A stretch of 32,000 bases of DNA from Candidatus Saccharimonas aalborgensis (GTDB taxonomy: Bacteria > Patescibacteriota > Saccharimonadia > Saccharimonadales > Saccharimonadaceae). The position numbers and the translations under genes were made by a program. Below, in pieces: positions 31,536 through 32,000 of this stretch. Numbering within the stretch: the stretch's first letter is position 1; each line of letters opens with the position of its first letter. The notes under the pieces are model-generated. The model worked only from the letters and a program-made list of their open reading frames with translations. It had not been told where the DNA came from and did not search any database. Where the stretch lies: NCBI RefSeq assembly GCF_000392435.1, contig NC_021219.1:480001-512000 (forward strand), written 5' to 3'.

Positions 31536-32000
31536 ATGAGAAATAAGGATCGTCTTCGGCTGCGCATATGTGACTCGTCGCCCTACGATAACCAACGTTC
31601 CGGTGTGGGTAATTACTCACATTTACTAAGGCAAGCCTTCGAGGGTTCAAGTAAGGTAGTCCTCTCGCCACCCCGTATTTTCATATCAAAGAAAATATCG
31701 GGCTACTTGTACCGACTAATGGAAAAGCTGTACAGTCATGGATTTCCCGTTCCCTATGATATTCTCCTTCCACAGGCTGACCTTACCCTTTTTACAAACT
31801 TCTCGACATGGCCAACCCTACGCACCAACTCTGTGATGACCGTTGTACACGACCTTACCTACATCAACTACCCAGAGGTTGTCGAGAGAAAGAATCTTGC
31901 TCACTTGAGGAGAGTTGTTCCTCGCAGCATCACTAGAGCGGACACTATCATCACGGTCTCAGAATCAATGAAAAAAGAGATATGTAATGTGTTCGCGATA
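31536..32000 (+). CDS. Glycosyltransferase family 4 (N-terminal part; 3' end outside window)
   Basis: This ORF is not in the supplied track because it has no stop. Hand translation from 31536 gives 155 codons with no stop: MRNKDRLRLRICDSSPYDNQRSGVGNYSHLLRQAF...VVHDLTYINYPEVVERKNLAHL...RADTIITVSESMKKEI, which matches typical GT4 N-domain motifs. Confidence 0.8.
   Translation, partial: MRNKDRLRLRICDSSPYDNQRSGVGNYSHLLRQAFEGSSKVVLSPPRIFISKKISGYLYRLMEKLYSHGFPVPYDILLPQADLTLFTNFSTWPTLRTNSVMTVVHDLTYINYPEVVERKNLAHLRRVVPRSITRADTIITVSESMKKEICNVFAI

Noticed and set aside
1-32000. CRISPR arrays, IS elements with terminal inverted repeats, rRNA genes, and an alternative genetic code
   Set aside because: No regularly spaced short repeats and no transposase-like ORFs were seen. 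All repeats found are intragenic or junction duplications. TGA clearly functions as a stop in several ATGA overlaps, so the standard code fits.

Overview
This is a compact, almost fully coding 32-kb window that uses the standard genetic code, with TGA as a stop in several ATGA-type overlaps. It has monoderm-type features: two surface proteins end in LAxTG sortase signals. The gene packing resembles a small-genome lineage such as Saccharibacteria/CPR or an actinobacterial relative, but the taxon cannot be fixed from sequence alone.

Left to right:
1. The 3' part of an Ig-repeat LAxTG adhesin.
2. A four-gene minus-strand operon. It encodes a NOX/FRE-type di-heme transmembrane flavocytochrome, a DUF4352-like exported protein, and two membrane-anchored Ig-fold proteins, one of which ends in a cytochrome-b5-like domain.
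3. A 660-bp gap with no convincing gene.
4. An LAxTG-anchored purple-acid-phosphatase-like metallophosphoesterase.
5. A decayed serine-recombinase relic next to tRNA-Asn(GTT).
6. A membrane-anchored class-A beta-lactamase-fold hydrolase, followed by a LexA-N-domain-only regulator.
7. Glycan genes: a Wzy_C/O-antigen-ligase-like protein, a WbaP-like initiating phosphotransferase, GT4, Nudix, glmS and manC-like.
8. A 1134-aa secreted SGNH/GDSL hydrolase, followed by two small 3-TM proteins that each sit behind an identical 39-bp junction element.
9. Three exported proteins of unknown function.
10. A lower-GC, translationally coupled ABC-transporter-dependent glycan operon: wecB, a methyltransferase-coiled-coil-GT fusion, a small coiled-coil protein, a GT, Wzt with a C-terminal binding domain, and Wzm. 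A divergent GT4 gene runs off the right edge.

The most interesting candidates are:
- the NOX-like / exported b5-like operon, a possible trans-envelope electron-export module;
- the SGNH hydrolase with its duplicated junction and small membrane-protein cassettes, which has a toxin/immunity-like architecture;
- the capped-glycan, WbdD/WsaE-like system paired with a Wzy_C ligase in a sortase-bearing organism;
- a recurrent -10-N6-start (leaderless-like) architecture at operon-leading genes.

All functional calls rest on motif reading by eye. No database search was possible.
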